Shown here in pieces: positions 36,479-45,303 of a stretch of DNA of 64,000 nucleotides. Both the position numbers and the translations under genes were made by a program. Source of the stretch: a virus; IMG/VR virus record IMGVR_UViG_3300032322_001011, positions 20,696 through 84,695 of that record. One strand, written 5' to 3'. Below the pieces are notes generated by a model that worked only from the letters and a program-made list of their open reading frames with translations, did no database searches and had not been told where the DNA came from. How positions within the stretch are numbered: the first letter of the stretch is position 1; every line of letters starts with the position of its first letter.

Positions 36479-36648
36479 TACGACTCCTGTTTACGCCATC
36501 TACTCATTGCTGACCAGTAAGTTCTTTGTCTTACAGTCATCGTTTTTATATCGTTGAGCGAGAAGCCCTTGTAGACAGATGCAATTGAATCGTATTCCCA
36601 ATATGTTACTACTAAATTAGCCGAATAGAAGTGAGGCCCAGTTGAGCA
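36478..36648 (-). CDS. Start-less frameshift extension of the tail assembly chaperone (not in ORF track)
   Basis: +1 frame encodes ...YWEYDSIASVYKGFSLNDIKTMTVRQRTYW...; stop overlaps the tape measure ATG. Confidence 0.7.
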   Translation of the reverse strand, partial: CSTGPHFYSANLVVTYWEYDSIASVYKGFSLNDIKTMTVRQRTYWSAMSRWRKQES

Positions 36649-37411
36649 TTACAGGGAATTGCTTTTCGCAATGGGCGCAGTGGGCTTCCACCTCCTTGAT
36701 TTCTGGGCCAGGTTGTGCTTCTAATAGGGCTTCAATAATCTTTGCTCGGTCCTTCATACCTAACTTTTTTGCCCAAGCCAATGGGTTTGCTGGCTTGTTA
36801 CCGTCTTCCCAAACGGCACAACGGGAAATAAGAATGGTATTTTGCTCAGGTACTGTCTTAGCCTTAACGCTTACATATTGTGTATCTGCACCAGAAACCA
36901 ATCGGAAACTTTGTGATGTCCCATCACGCATAACAATTGTTACACCGTCATGCGTTGAATTTGATCCTTGTTTAATTGGGAATTCAGAGACATTGATATG
37001 GACATCGTTTGACTTTTCACAGTGTGGGCAAAACATTTGATACTCACGGTTTTCACCGTACGTTGCTTTCACCGTAGCCAAGAACAGCATGTCTCGGTCA
37101 CCAATAATTAGGTTGTCAATAACCGATGGGTTATCTTCAATTTTGATGTTTCCGATACTGGCAACACTGCGCTTAAGCAATGCTGACATGTACTTAGCGT
37201 ACAAGTAGTCATCATCGGACTCCATTGAAGCAAGGGCTTCCTCGTCTTCACCAGTAAGTTCTTTTACTGTAGCGAGTGTTTCCCACTCCTTAGTTTCAGG
37301 GTTTTGAACACCCCTGAACAACTCAATGGTCGTTTCAGGGGCGTTCTCAATCCGTGGAACTGGGTCCGTCATTGCGGCGTTTACTGCTGCTGCTTCCGAT
37401 TGTGTAGACAT
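36617..37411 (-). CDS. Tail/baseplate assembly chaperone (T4 gp26/gp51-like, two CxxC)
   Basis: VKELTGEDEE, IIGDRDML..TYG, CPHC, QPGP...CAHC; between tube and tape measure. Confidence 0.75.
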   Translation of the reverse strand: MSTQSEAAAVNAAMTDPVPRIENAPETTIELFRGVQNPETKEWETLATVKELTGEDEEALASMESDDDYLYAKYMSALLKRSVASIGNIKIEDNPSVIDNLIIGDRDMLFLATVKATYGENREYQMFCPHCEKSNDVHINVSEFPIKQGSNSTHDGVTIVMRDGTSQSFRLVSGADTQYVSVKAKTVPEQNTILISRCAVWEDGNKPANPLAWAKKLGMKDRAKIIEALLEAQPGPEIKEVEAHCAHCEKQFPVMLNWASLLFG

Positions 37412-37439
37412 TTATTCTCCTAGTTATTAAATATGTTAT

Positions 37440-38084
37440 TTAGTTATATGCGTCAATATTTGCAATCTCATCTTGCTTCCATGCAACATGGAAACCTTCG
37501 TGGTGCATAACCATTGACTGTACCATGATTCCGTTGTCACCAGCGTTGAGATCGCTAAGTGCATACGTTCCAGGCCATGCGTTGAACAATTTGTAAGCCA
37601 ACTTTACGTTTCCTGGCTTAATGTTTACTGAGCCACCATCGCCACTGTCGTACGAGTAGTTGGTGTCTCCACCTTGTACTTGACCAGTAAATGGGTGATC
37701 GTAAATCTTTACAATGATGTTGCAACGGTAATTAGCGTCATCACCAATTGATCCGCCATCAAATCCACCTACACCACCGCTAACCCATGCATGCATGAAC
37801 TTTTGCCATTTCCAAAGAGCATCTTGGTTAGCAAACGCACCTCGTGCAAATGATACTGGTGGGAAGTCAGTAAGACCGATCATCTTGTGGGTGTGTGTAT
37901 TCATACCACCCTCACGGTAAGGGATTACTTCGTTGTTAACGGCAAGACCGCCCATTGAAGCGAATCCTAGGTCACCAATGCCAGTTACCAACTGCTTGAG
38001 TCGGTCATCCAACGGAACAAAGTTAACAGTGAACTTAAAGTTACGTAGTGGATCAGTGCGTGTTGTTTTTGCTTGTAATGCCAT
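37440..38084 (-). CDS. Tail tube protein (T4 gp19-like)
   Basis: DPLRNFKF, GF..MGGL..EVIPYREGG, LFNAWP..Y..SDLNAG, HEGF. Confidence 0.92.
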   Translation of the reverse strand: MALQAKTTRTDPLRNFKFTVNFVPLDDRLKQLVTGIGDLGFASMGGLAVNNEVIPYREGGMNTHTHKMIGLTDFPPVSFARGAFANQDALWKWQKFMHAWVSGGVGGFDGGSIGDDANYRCNIIVKIYDHPFTGQVQGGDTNYSYDSGDGGSVNIKPGNVKLAYKLFNAWPGTYALSDLNAGDNGIMVQSMVMHHEGFHVAWKQDEIANIDAYN

Positions 38085-38092
38085 GATTTCTC

Positions 38093-39640
38093 CTAGGCGT
38101 TAGTAGTTACGGATGAACCACCAGTCCACTGACTGATAGTAATTACAATGAATTCAGCAGGAGACTGCAAAGCGACTCCGATAGTTACGTTTACTTTTCC
38201 GTCTTCAATATCTGCTTGCGTGTTGTTTGTTGAGTTACAGATTACGTAGAATGCTTCGCTAGTCGTCTTACCTTTAAGACCCCCAGTTCCCCAGAAGGTG
38301 GTAAGAAGAGCCGAAACACGAACAGTGATGTCTGACCACAAACGCTGATCGTTTGGCTCAAACAAAGCAAACTGTGTCTTAGCCTTAACAGCATCCTTAA
38401 GGTAGTTCAACGAACGGCGAACCGTGATGTACTTTTCAGAAGTGTTACGGGCAAGTGTACGTGAACCATTGATGATTACACCAACACCAGGTACTACGTT
38501 AAACAAGTTAATTTGACTTTCCTTGTAAACAGTTCCTTGCTGAGTCTCGGTGAGGTTTCCAACAAGACCGTATACGTTACGGATGTCCAATGAGTAACCA
38601 GCAGGTGCTTTTGAAACACCACGGGCGATCTCTGAGCGAACCATTGCACCAACTACTGCACCACCAGCATAGGTGTTGCGGATTGCAGCAGCACCAGTCT
38701 TCTTAGGATCAAACATCTTAAGTGCTGGTCCGTAAACTGCTGCGTAACTTGACTTGGTGTATCCCGATACAGCACTCTGCAATTGGTCTGCTGTTGTAGC
38801 GGTAAGTGGGGTGTCAACAATAAGCATTGAGTTTCCACGTGTTTGCATTACCGTAATGGCATTGTTAATAATTGTTGATGAGGTTTGACCCACCAAGTTA
38901 AACAATAGTCCAGATGTAATTGTTTCATGAGACTCAACAGCGTTTTCCCAGTCAGTTGCGTCAATTGCGCCTCCACCCTCAGAACCGTTTGTAAAGGATG
39001 TTGTTGCAACATAGTCGTTAGCAGCAATCCCAGTTACGGTAAGGGCGGCTCCAGCAGCAACAGTTGCTACTGTTGATGCACTTACGTATGATGAGTAAAG
39101 ATCAAGAACTGTATCAATGTACCGAACATTTTCTGGATCAACGGACAGGTTGTTCCAGCGTTCTACTTCAACACTGTTCAACTTTACAGTAAGGGTAAAC
39201 AACGAATCCTTGGTGACCTTTGGGGTTGTTTCTGGGGTAGTTAATGTTTCTGGATCAAAGGTGTAATCAACAGTTAGGTCGTTACCCCATGAACCTGCTG
39301 ATTTAGTTACCAACAGAACAAGGTTTCCAAGACTTCCACCAGTTGGCGTGGCAGTCAATGCACTCTGTGCAATTGTTGCGGTTGCGTCAATAACACGAGT
39401 AACGTATGCAGTTTGACCACCGTTAGCGAAGTAGTGGTAAACGGCGTAACCTAGATCATAGGCATTGCTCAAATCACCGAACAAACTTGTGTACTGGTTC
39501 CATGACGTAATCAGTGTTGGGGTGGTCGGACCACGGTCTGCAAGACCAACAAATGCAGCAGCAGTTGGTCCGTTGGTTGTTTGAATGTTAGTTGCAAACG
39601 TACCTTCCTGTACGTATACTCCTGGGCGTTCGTATGCCAT
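38093..39640 (-). CDS. Tail sheath protein
   Basis: YERPGVYVQE, GPTTPTLITSW..Y..LFG, KAPAG, YITVRR, FEPN, PAEFIVI. Confidence 0.96.
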   Translation of the reverse strand: MAYERPGVYVQEGTFATNIQTTNGPTAAAFVGLADRGPTTPTLITSWNQYTSLFGDLSNAYDLGYAVYHYFANGGQTAYVTRVIDATATIAQSALTATPTGGSLGNLVLLVTKSAGSWGNDLTVDYTFDPETLTTPETTPKVTKDSLFTLTVKLNSVEVERWNNLSVDPENVRYIDTVLDLYSSYVSASTVATVAAGAALTVTGIAANDYVATTSFTNGSEGGGAIDATDWENAVESHETITSGLLFNLVGQTSSTIINNAITVMQTRGNSMLIVDTPLTATTADQLQSAVSGYTKSSYAAVYGPALKMFDPKKTGAAAIRNTYAGGAVVGAMVRSEIARGVSKAPAGYSLDIRNVYGLVGNLTETQQGTVYKESQINLFNVVPGVGVIINGSRTLARNTSEKYITVRRSLNYLKDAVKAKTQFALFEPNDQRLWSDITVRVSALLTTFWGTGGLKGKTTSEAFYVICNSTNNTQADIEDGKVNVTIGVALQSPAEFIVITISQWTGGSSVTTNA

Positions 39641-39675
39641 TATTGCTCCTAAAAGTTAGAGGGAATTAAAAAAAC

Positions 39676-40362
39676 TTACGGGTTAAAAACATAGGTCTGA
39701 GGGATAATTGTACTACTAATTTCTTGCACGGATTGAGTTCCTTGCAGTTGATCAAGCGTTAGATGCGTGATCTCTGCTGACATCTTGAGAGTTAATACCT
39801 TACGGAATATGCGCTTTCGGTAACCCGACTCCATATCCAGTAAGTCTGCGTTGGTCCAGTCAAGTAGGTCAAAACGGCGAACCGTATTGTCTGCTTGTAT
39901 TTGGATAGAGTTCCAACGAAATGGGGCAACCCTAGACATGATCCCAGCAGATAACTGACGGTCATGTAGGGCAGAACGTGAATAAATAGACACCTGGTAG
40001 AGTAAGTCTACGGGGATAAAATCATCTGCTATAACAAACTGCCCAGCCGATGCAGAGGTAGCACTTGCTGAAATGTGATCAGCCTCGCTAGGCCAGTAGT
40101 CAAAGAATGCTGGGTGGTCTACGAACATGTCGCTTTCTGTGGTGTCTGCGTAGATAAGGACATCAGAATGCTGACGCTCGGTAGCGTGAAGAACGTCAAT
40201 AAGTTCAATAGTGACAAATGGATATTCTCGCTCTGTTTCCCCTTCTGGGTATCGGAAGAAAACCTTTACTGGGCGGCGAGCATTACGATCATCGGTTACG
40301 TATAAGCCACTAAAACGAAGTTTAATAGCCTCGTCTTCGGCAAGGAGAAAACCAGTTCTCAT
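39676..40362 (-). CDS. Tail terminator / neck protein
   Basis: YPFVTI, PVDLLYQV..YSR..HDRQL; directly upstream of the sheath. Confidence 0.65.
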   Translation of the reverse strand: MRTGFLLAEDEAIKLRFSGLYVTDDRNARRPVKVFFRYPEGETEREYPFVTIELIDVLHATERQHSDVLIYADTTESDMFVDHPAFFDYWPSEADHISASATSASAGQFVIADDFIPVDLLYQVSIYSRSALHDRQLSAGIMSRVAPFRWNSIQIQADNTVRRFDLLDWTNADLLDMESGYRKRIFRKVLTLKMSAEITHLTLDQLQGTQSVQEISSTIIPQTYVFNP

Positions 40363-40775
40363 ATTCCGCCGTTTGTTCCTGTGAGTTTATCTAGGTCTTT
40401 GTTGATGCGCTTGGTCAAACGGGCAGCACCTTGAATGCATTGTTTACGCAGTATTGACCTAGCAGGGGGGCCAAACTCTAAAGCCGTGGCTTTTTGTCTA
40501 GATTCTCCAGTTACCTTATAGGAAAAGGTTTTATCTGATTTGTTGTAAGTGATATTAAAGTCATTTACTAATTCAGCATACTGGGCTTCATCGGTAATCA
40601 AGGCTTCTTTGGCTACCTTGACTTCAGCCTCAACTGCTCGGTTTACAATCTCGCCTAAGTATTCTTCTAGATTTAGCATTAAATCACCGTAAAAAGCAAT
40701 GGGTGAAGCGGTTCCCTGAACGTACTTATGCGTAGCAGAACTAAGGTTAATCTTGGTTTTAGGTTTGCCAGCCAT
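40359..40775 (-). CDS. Neck-region hypothetical protein
   Basis: ALEFG motif; start MAGKPK with AAGGAG RBS. Confidence 0.6.
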   Translation of the reverse strand: MAGKPKTKINLSSATHKYVQGTASPIAFYGDLMLNLEEYLGEIVNRAVEAEVKVAKEALITDEAQYAELVNDFNITYNKSDKTFSYKVTGESRQKATALEFGPPARSILRKQCIQGAARLTKRINKDLDKLTGTNGGI

Positions 40776-40825
40776 AGGCACTCCTTAGTTCTAGGCGATG
40801 TTTGCATGCCGCACGGCATGCTTTA

Positions 40826-41359
40826 TTAGTTTACCAGGAATGTAGGGAGTGTTGAAGGCCAAGGAAGATCATTGACTGACATCTCCTCTGGACCTGGATC
40901 AAAAGGCATTTCTTGATCAATATAAACTTCAATGCCTTCAACAACGATTAGTACATCGTCAGTTGCACGACCACGAACTCGGTACATTGACACTGCGTAA
41001 TAACGACCATCATAAAAGAACATGTCATTTAAATGGTTTTGGTATTCAAATGGATTAGTTAGACCAGCATCACGAGCATCTTGAATAGACAATACGGCGT
41101 TTACAATTTGAACAGGCTGGCGACCTTCAGGGATTGCTCTCTTGGTGTCTTCAGTTTCTGTAACCATAAGTACAGGAAGGGTTATCCCTTTTGCGTAAGT
41201 CTTTCCACCTGCCCCAGCATTTCCTTCGTCATAGATATCGTCAATAGTGCTTCCAGATTCAAAGTCAATAAACTCAAACCAGGTGATGTGCTCACCTACA
41301 TGGCGGTGGTATTGCCGATAATGCTTTCGTATTTGCCCAAGTTCTCTACGGGAGTCCAT
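40826..41359 (-). CDS. Head-tail connector/stopper-like protein
   Basis: DDIYDEG...HLNDMFFYDGRYY; position. Confidence 0.6.
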   Translation of the reverse strand: MDSRRELGQIRKHYRQYHRHVGEHITWFEFIDFESGSTIDDIYDEGNAGAGGKTYAKGITLPVLMVTETEDTKRAIPEGRQPVQIVNAVLSIQDARDAGLTNPFEYQNHLNDMFFYDGRYYAVSMYRVRGRATDDVLIVVEGIEVYIDQEMPFDPGPEEMSVNDLPWPSTLPTFLVN

Positions 41360-41362
41360 GAG

Positions 41363-42199
41363 TTACCAGCCAACGACTGCTGCGGTTGAATTCCCCTGTG
41401 GAGGTTCTAGTTCAAGGTATACGTTTTCACGCATAGGTTCTTGAGTATCTTCAATAACAATATCTCCATGATTAATTTCAGGCCATTGACGCTCAAGTGG
41501 GTTCATGTCGCCAAGTTCACGAGCACGGTAGATAGGTACAAGGTATCCAGTTGTGCGAGATACACGGCGAAGATTCATGATCTCAATACGCTCAAGACCG
41601 ATGTTTAGAGCACGAGCCTGCTGCTGATAGTTACGGGTCCAATAATCCAACATGGATTGAACCATTCGGAAACGCTGGCTGGCAGGGATATGCACGGACT
41701 CTGAAGTCGTTACGTCAATGTCACGGCTGTATTCAGTAAGCAAACCCCATAAGGTTTCAACCACAGTAGCCATTCCAATGGTGTCATAAATAATTGGCGT
41801 AAAGTTCTCTAAGTGAACATCAATGTTGTAGGTGTGCTGCTCAATAGCATGTGCAGCAAAATACTCAAGGTCTTTAGGGAGTACCCATTCAAAGTAATAC
41901 CCTTCAACCATTACCTTTGTATTTGCTGGAAGTGAGCGGTTAAAACGAAGAATACCGTTACGCTCATCTAACGAATAATAGGTTGATGCACTAGTATTTG
42001 AGGTAACTTCTACAGGGTCATTTCCTGATGTATATGTAGCCACCCATAGGCTTTCAGCCTGGATGTTTGGGCTACCTAGTTCGTAAGTACGCCCAATGGC
42101 ATCAAAAGATACTTGGAAGAATTTAGGGTAATCACGAAGGAACGTACGAGCAATTCTCGTAATCTTATCCATTGTCTCTTGGGTGTAGTTAGCGTACAT
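41363..42199 (-). CDS. Head-tail adaptor-like protein
   Basis: DIDVTTSESVHIPASQRF...LRRVSRTT; position after the capsid genes. Confidence 0.6.
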   Translation of the reverse strand: MYANYTQETMDKITRIARTFLRDYPKFFQVSFDAIGRTYELGSPNIQAESLWVATYTSGNDPVEVTSNTSASTYYSLDERNGILRFNRSLPANTKVMVEGYYFEWVLPKDLEYFAAHAIEQHTYNIDVHLENFTPIIYDTIGMATVVETLWGLLTEYSRDIDVTTSESVHIPASQRFRMVQSMLDYWTRNYQQQARALNIGLERIEIMNLRRVSRTTGYLVPIYRARELGDMNPLERQWPEINHGDIVIEDTQEPMRENVYLELEPPQGNSTAAVVGW

Positions 42200-42211
42200 A
42201 GATAAAGTTTA

Positions 42212-42379
42212 CTATTGATCCGCAGAGCCTGTGCCAGGAACTGTCTTCTGCAAGTCTTGACCAATCGCAGGTTGTTGTTCACGAAAACGTGGAATGTGAA
42301 CTCTACGAATTTTTGTAATGTCTAATACAGAACCAGCAGGTTTAGGTAACTCTGATACGTAAGGCTCTCTTTCAGCCAT
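42212..42379 (-). CDS. 55 aa hypothetical protein (not in ORF track)
   Basis: MAEREPYVSELPKPAGSVLDITKIRRVHIPRFREQQPAIGQD...; TAATG-coupled to the upstream gene. Confidence 0.6.
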   Translation of the reverse strand: MAEREPYVSELPKPAGSVLDITKIRRVHIPRFREQQPAIGQDLQKTVPGTGSADQ

Positions 42380-43023
42380 TAGATACCTGCAAACAAAAAT
42401 GGGTGAAGTGGATCTTCACGTACTCCTTCATACTTAGCAAGGTTTTGCCAAGCGCTATCTACGTATACGTATAACGATGATTGTTCAGTTGCAGGTGCTG
42501 TACCTGTACGAATGTACAAGTCACCTTGATCTGCTGCTTCAGATGGGATACCAGTACCAGTTCTATGTGCCATGTTTAAGAACATGCGCTTATCAACAAC
42601 ACTCAATGTATTAAGTGTTAAACCAGACTTCCTGTAGATTGCATACAAAGGAAGTTGGCTAGATGAAAGTGTTGGGAAGATTGGGTTAGTTGAACTAGCC
42701 GTTCCTTTAACTACACCATATTGGAAAGTGTTTGCATCAATACGGGTTACAACAAGTATGTCAAATCTTGCATCTGCTTCAGGGGCATCAAAAACTACGG
42801 TGCTTGCTGACACATACCCGTAATGATTATTTACATAAACATATGAAGCAGTTAACGCAGCAGAACCGTTGTCTGCTGAATAGACAGTAATGTCTGCACC
42901 AGAAAGTACACCGTAGTTGTGATTACCAAGGATTTTAAAATCAAGAGAATCTGGTTCTGCTTGATCAAGGCTCTGGATTGTTACTCCGTACTCGCTTGCA
43001 TTAGGTACTGTAAATCCAGCCAT
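42379..43023 (-). CDS. Putative virion structural protein
   Basis: DQAEPDSLDF..LG...GVLSG, ARFDILV, HPFLFAG tail. Confidence 0.65.
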   Translation of the reverse strand: MAGFTVPNASEYGVTIQSLDQAEPDSLDFKILGNHNYGVLSGADITVYSADNGSAALTASYVYVNNHYGYVSASTVVFDAPEADARFDILVVTRIDANTFQYGVVKGTASSTNPIFPTLSSSQLPLYAIYRKSGLTLNTLSVVDKRMFLNMAHRTGTGIPSEAADQGDLYIRTGTAPATEQSSLYVYVDSAWQNLAKYEGVREDPLHPFLFAGI

Positions 43024-43030
43024 TTAAACC

Positions 43031-43288
43031 TCAGAGGGTGTCGTAGATGTTGCCGTTCTTCTTTAGGTATTCAAACAATCCACGAGGAAGTTTATAACGA
43101 TGACCGTCATTAAAGATCCAAGTGTCTTGACCCCAAAACATTGTCCAAGAACCTTTAACACGAGCGCTAACTTCACTGCTCTTTAATGAGGTTTCTTTTA
43201 CTTCTGTATCAGGGATTTCCGAAACAAAAAGAACATCTTCTTCTTGCTCTACAAATTCTTGAACTACTGATTTCTTACGTGCTGCCAT
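43031..43288 (-). CDS. Small capsid-region protein
   Basis: Follows the MCP; GGAG RBS before MAARKK. Confidence 0.65.
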   Translation of the reverse strand: MAARKKSVVQEFVEQEEDVLFVSEIPDTEVKETSLKSSEVSARVKGSWTMFWGQDTWIFNDGHRYKLPRGLFEYLKKNGNIYDTL

Positions 43289-43310
43289 TTTATTCTCCAA
43301 TTGAAAGGGG

Positions 43311-43343
43311 TTGGGGGAGTCGGGTTTTACCCCGACCCCCCAA
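43311..43343 (-). terminator. GC-rich hairpin downstream of the major capsid gene
   Basis: TTGGGGGAGTCGGG...CCCGACCCCCCAA inverted repeat; weak U-tract. Confidence 0.7.
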
Positions 43344-43358
43344 TACTAGTTGACTTAA

Positions 43359-44438
43359 TTACGAGGAGGAAATTGATCCGCCCTTGGTGTTCAACAATAC
43401 ACGTGATTCATGCGTGATCATGCCGAAGCCCCAAATTGCGTACCAAGCAAGTCCATGCTCACGACCGAAGTCAATTACGCCACCGTCACGGAGTTCAACT
43501 GGCAATGCAATTGCATGTCCAAATGCGTTGTCTCCAATCATGATTGCGTTGTACGAGTCTGCGTTCATTGCTTGCGTACCCGATGCTGAGTTGTCAATGT
43601 CTGCTGGACCTGTGTTCTTTGCAACCTGTGTGGTTTCAATGAATACTACGTCATACAGACGACCAATTTCACCAAGCATGAAGTTGCCAGGTGCAGCGTA
43701 CTTGGTTACTTCAATGAATTCAGGCCAGTCACGGAGCGCACGGCTCTGTGATGGGTGAACGAAGCAAACATAAGTGTCGCCAAGACGTGGGATGTTCTGA
43801 CCAGCAAGAATTTCAACTGCATCCTTAATGGTTGCAGGTGAGAGGTAGCCTGGGTTGCTTGCGTCACCCAATACACCACCATCGTATGGGGCGATTGAAC
43901 CACGAGTTGAACCAAGTGTCTTGCGACCAAACACTACGTTTGGTGGTACTGCTGCACCGCCACCGAATGGGATTGCGGTCTTGTACAAGGTGTTGCGAGC
44001 CTGAATGTCCATAGACTGTGCCATGTGACGACCAAGCAAGCGGCTTGACGATGCCATAACGTCATCAAATGATGCGTTAAGGAGCAACTCAGTAACTGCA
44101 AGAGCCTGACCTTGTTCACCAACGGTGATTTGAATCTGTGATGCTGACAGAGCAACTGGCTCCATACGCACACCTTCATCAAGGGTTGCTCCTTCGGTCT
44201 GATCTACTGCAAGGTTGCTGTAACGCATGAAGTTGATGGTCAAACCAGGCTGTACGCCAAGTTCGGTCTTCTTCACTGCAAACTGTTCAAAGCGCAGAAC
44301 AGGCATTGCCTGGAACAAGATTTCCTTGGACCAGATAGTTTGAATTGCTGGGGATAGAGCGGTGTCGCTACTGTAACCAGTTGAACTAATGTTCGCTGTT
44401 GCAGTAATCGCACCGCCTGCTGGTGCTGGGAATGCCAT
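43359..44438 (-). CDS. Major capsid protein (N4 gp56-like)
   Basis: IWSKEILFQAMPVLRFEQFA...PGLTINF.RY, CFVHP.Q...L, GEIGRLYDVVFIET, DFGREH; AAGGAG RBS. Confidence 0.93.
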   Translation of the reverse strand: MAFPAPAGGAITATANISSTGYSSDTALSPAIQTIWSKEILFQAMPVLRFEQFAVKKTELGVQPGLTINFMRYSNLAVDQTEGATLDEGVRMEPVALSASQIQITVGEQGQALAVTELLLNASFDDVMASSSRLLGRHMAQSMDIQARNTLYKTAIPFGGGAAVPPNVVFGRKTLGSTRGSIAPYDGGVLGDASNPGYLSPATIKDAVEILAGQNIPRLGDTYVCFVHPSQSRALRDWPEFIEVTKYAAPGNFMLGEIGRLYDVVFIETTQVAKNTGPADIDNSASGTQAMNADSYNAIMIGDNAFGHAIALPVELRDGGVIDFGREHGLAWYAIWGFGMITHESRVLLNTKGGSISSS

Positions 44439-44470
44439 GATGTCTCCTTAAGTGACTATGGATAGATTAT

Positions 44471-45250
44471 TTAAAAACGACCTTTAGGTCGTGAACTTAA
44501 AAGCCTGTCTCGCATTTTAACATACTGGTCCATTGTCATGTTTCGGATATCCTCCGCATTCAATGTTTGGTATTCCGTTTGAGTTTCCATTGGCCCAACA
44601 GATGGAGCCGTTACCGACACACCTTTAACACGACTCGGTTGAGTCGCTTGTTGGATACTCTCAATGATAGCAGCACTGCGCTGACGAAGGATTTCCACTG
44701 ATGCTTCAATCTCTTCTGGCGTGTTTCCTGCTACGAGATCAATCAGTTCTGGAATGATCTCATCTTGAGACTCGTGTACACGGCGCTGGCGGTAGGTTTC
44801 AACCTCACGCAACTGGCGCTCTTTATCTAGAAGGGCAGACTGCGCTTGGCGTTCTGCTTCAATCTGAGCAAAGCGACTCTGCCATTCTGCATCAACATTC
44901 TTAATCTTGACATTGAATTCATCCTCTGTTCGCTTGAGAAGTTCTTTAGCACTAAGTTCATCAAACTCACGTTGACGGCGGATTTCTTCTTCCTTACGGG
45001 CAATTTCCTGCGCCTCACGGATAGCCTTCTCACGGTCTTGGGCGAGTGAAGTTACTTGCTCTTCCATCGTCTTGTAGCGGTTTTCCGCTTCTTCAATACG
45101 CTTGTAGAGTTTGTCTTTCTCTTGCTTACGGATGTTTTCTACTTCGTCTTCAGTGAAGACTTTGCCCTTTGGGGCAACTATGTTTGCCTCCGCATGGAAG
45201 GCTTCTGTAGCCTCCACAGGGATGACAATTTCGTCATTACCTTTTGCCAT
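44471..45250 (-). CDS. Capsid scaffolding protein
   Basis: Long E/K/R coiled coil, IRKQEKDKLY, IIPELIDLV, IRNMTMDQY; between portal and MCP. Confidence 0.8.
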   Translation of the reverse strand: MAKGNDEIVIPVEATEAFHAEANIVAPKGKVFTEDEVENIRKQEKDKLYKRIEEAENRYKTMEEQVTSLAQDREKAIREAQEIARKEEEIRRQREFDELSAKELLKRTEDEFNVKIKNVDAEWQSRFAQIEAERQAQSALLDKERQLREVETYRQRRVHESQDEIIPELIDLVAGNTPEEIEASVEILRQRSAAIIESIQQATQPSRVKGVSVTAPSVGPMETQTEYQTLNAEDIRNMTMDQYVKMRDRLLSSRPKGRF

Positions 45251-45303
45251 GATTTTCTCCTAAGTGTTGTTTAGCAAATATTGACTTGTGTTATTAATAC
45301 GTA

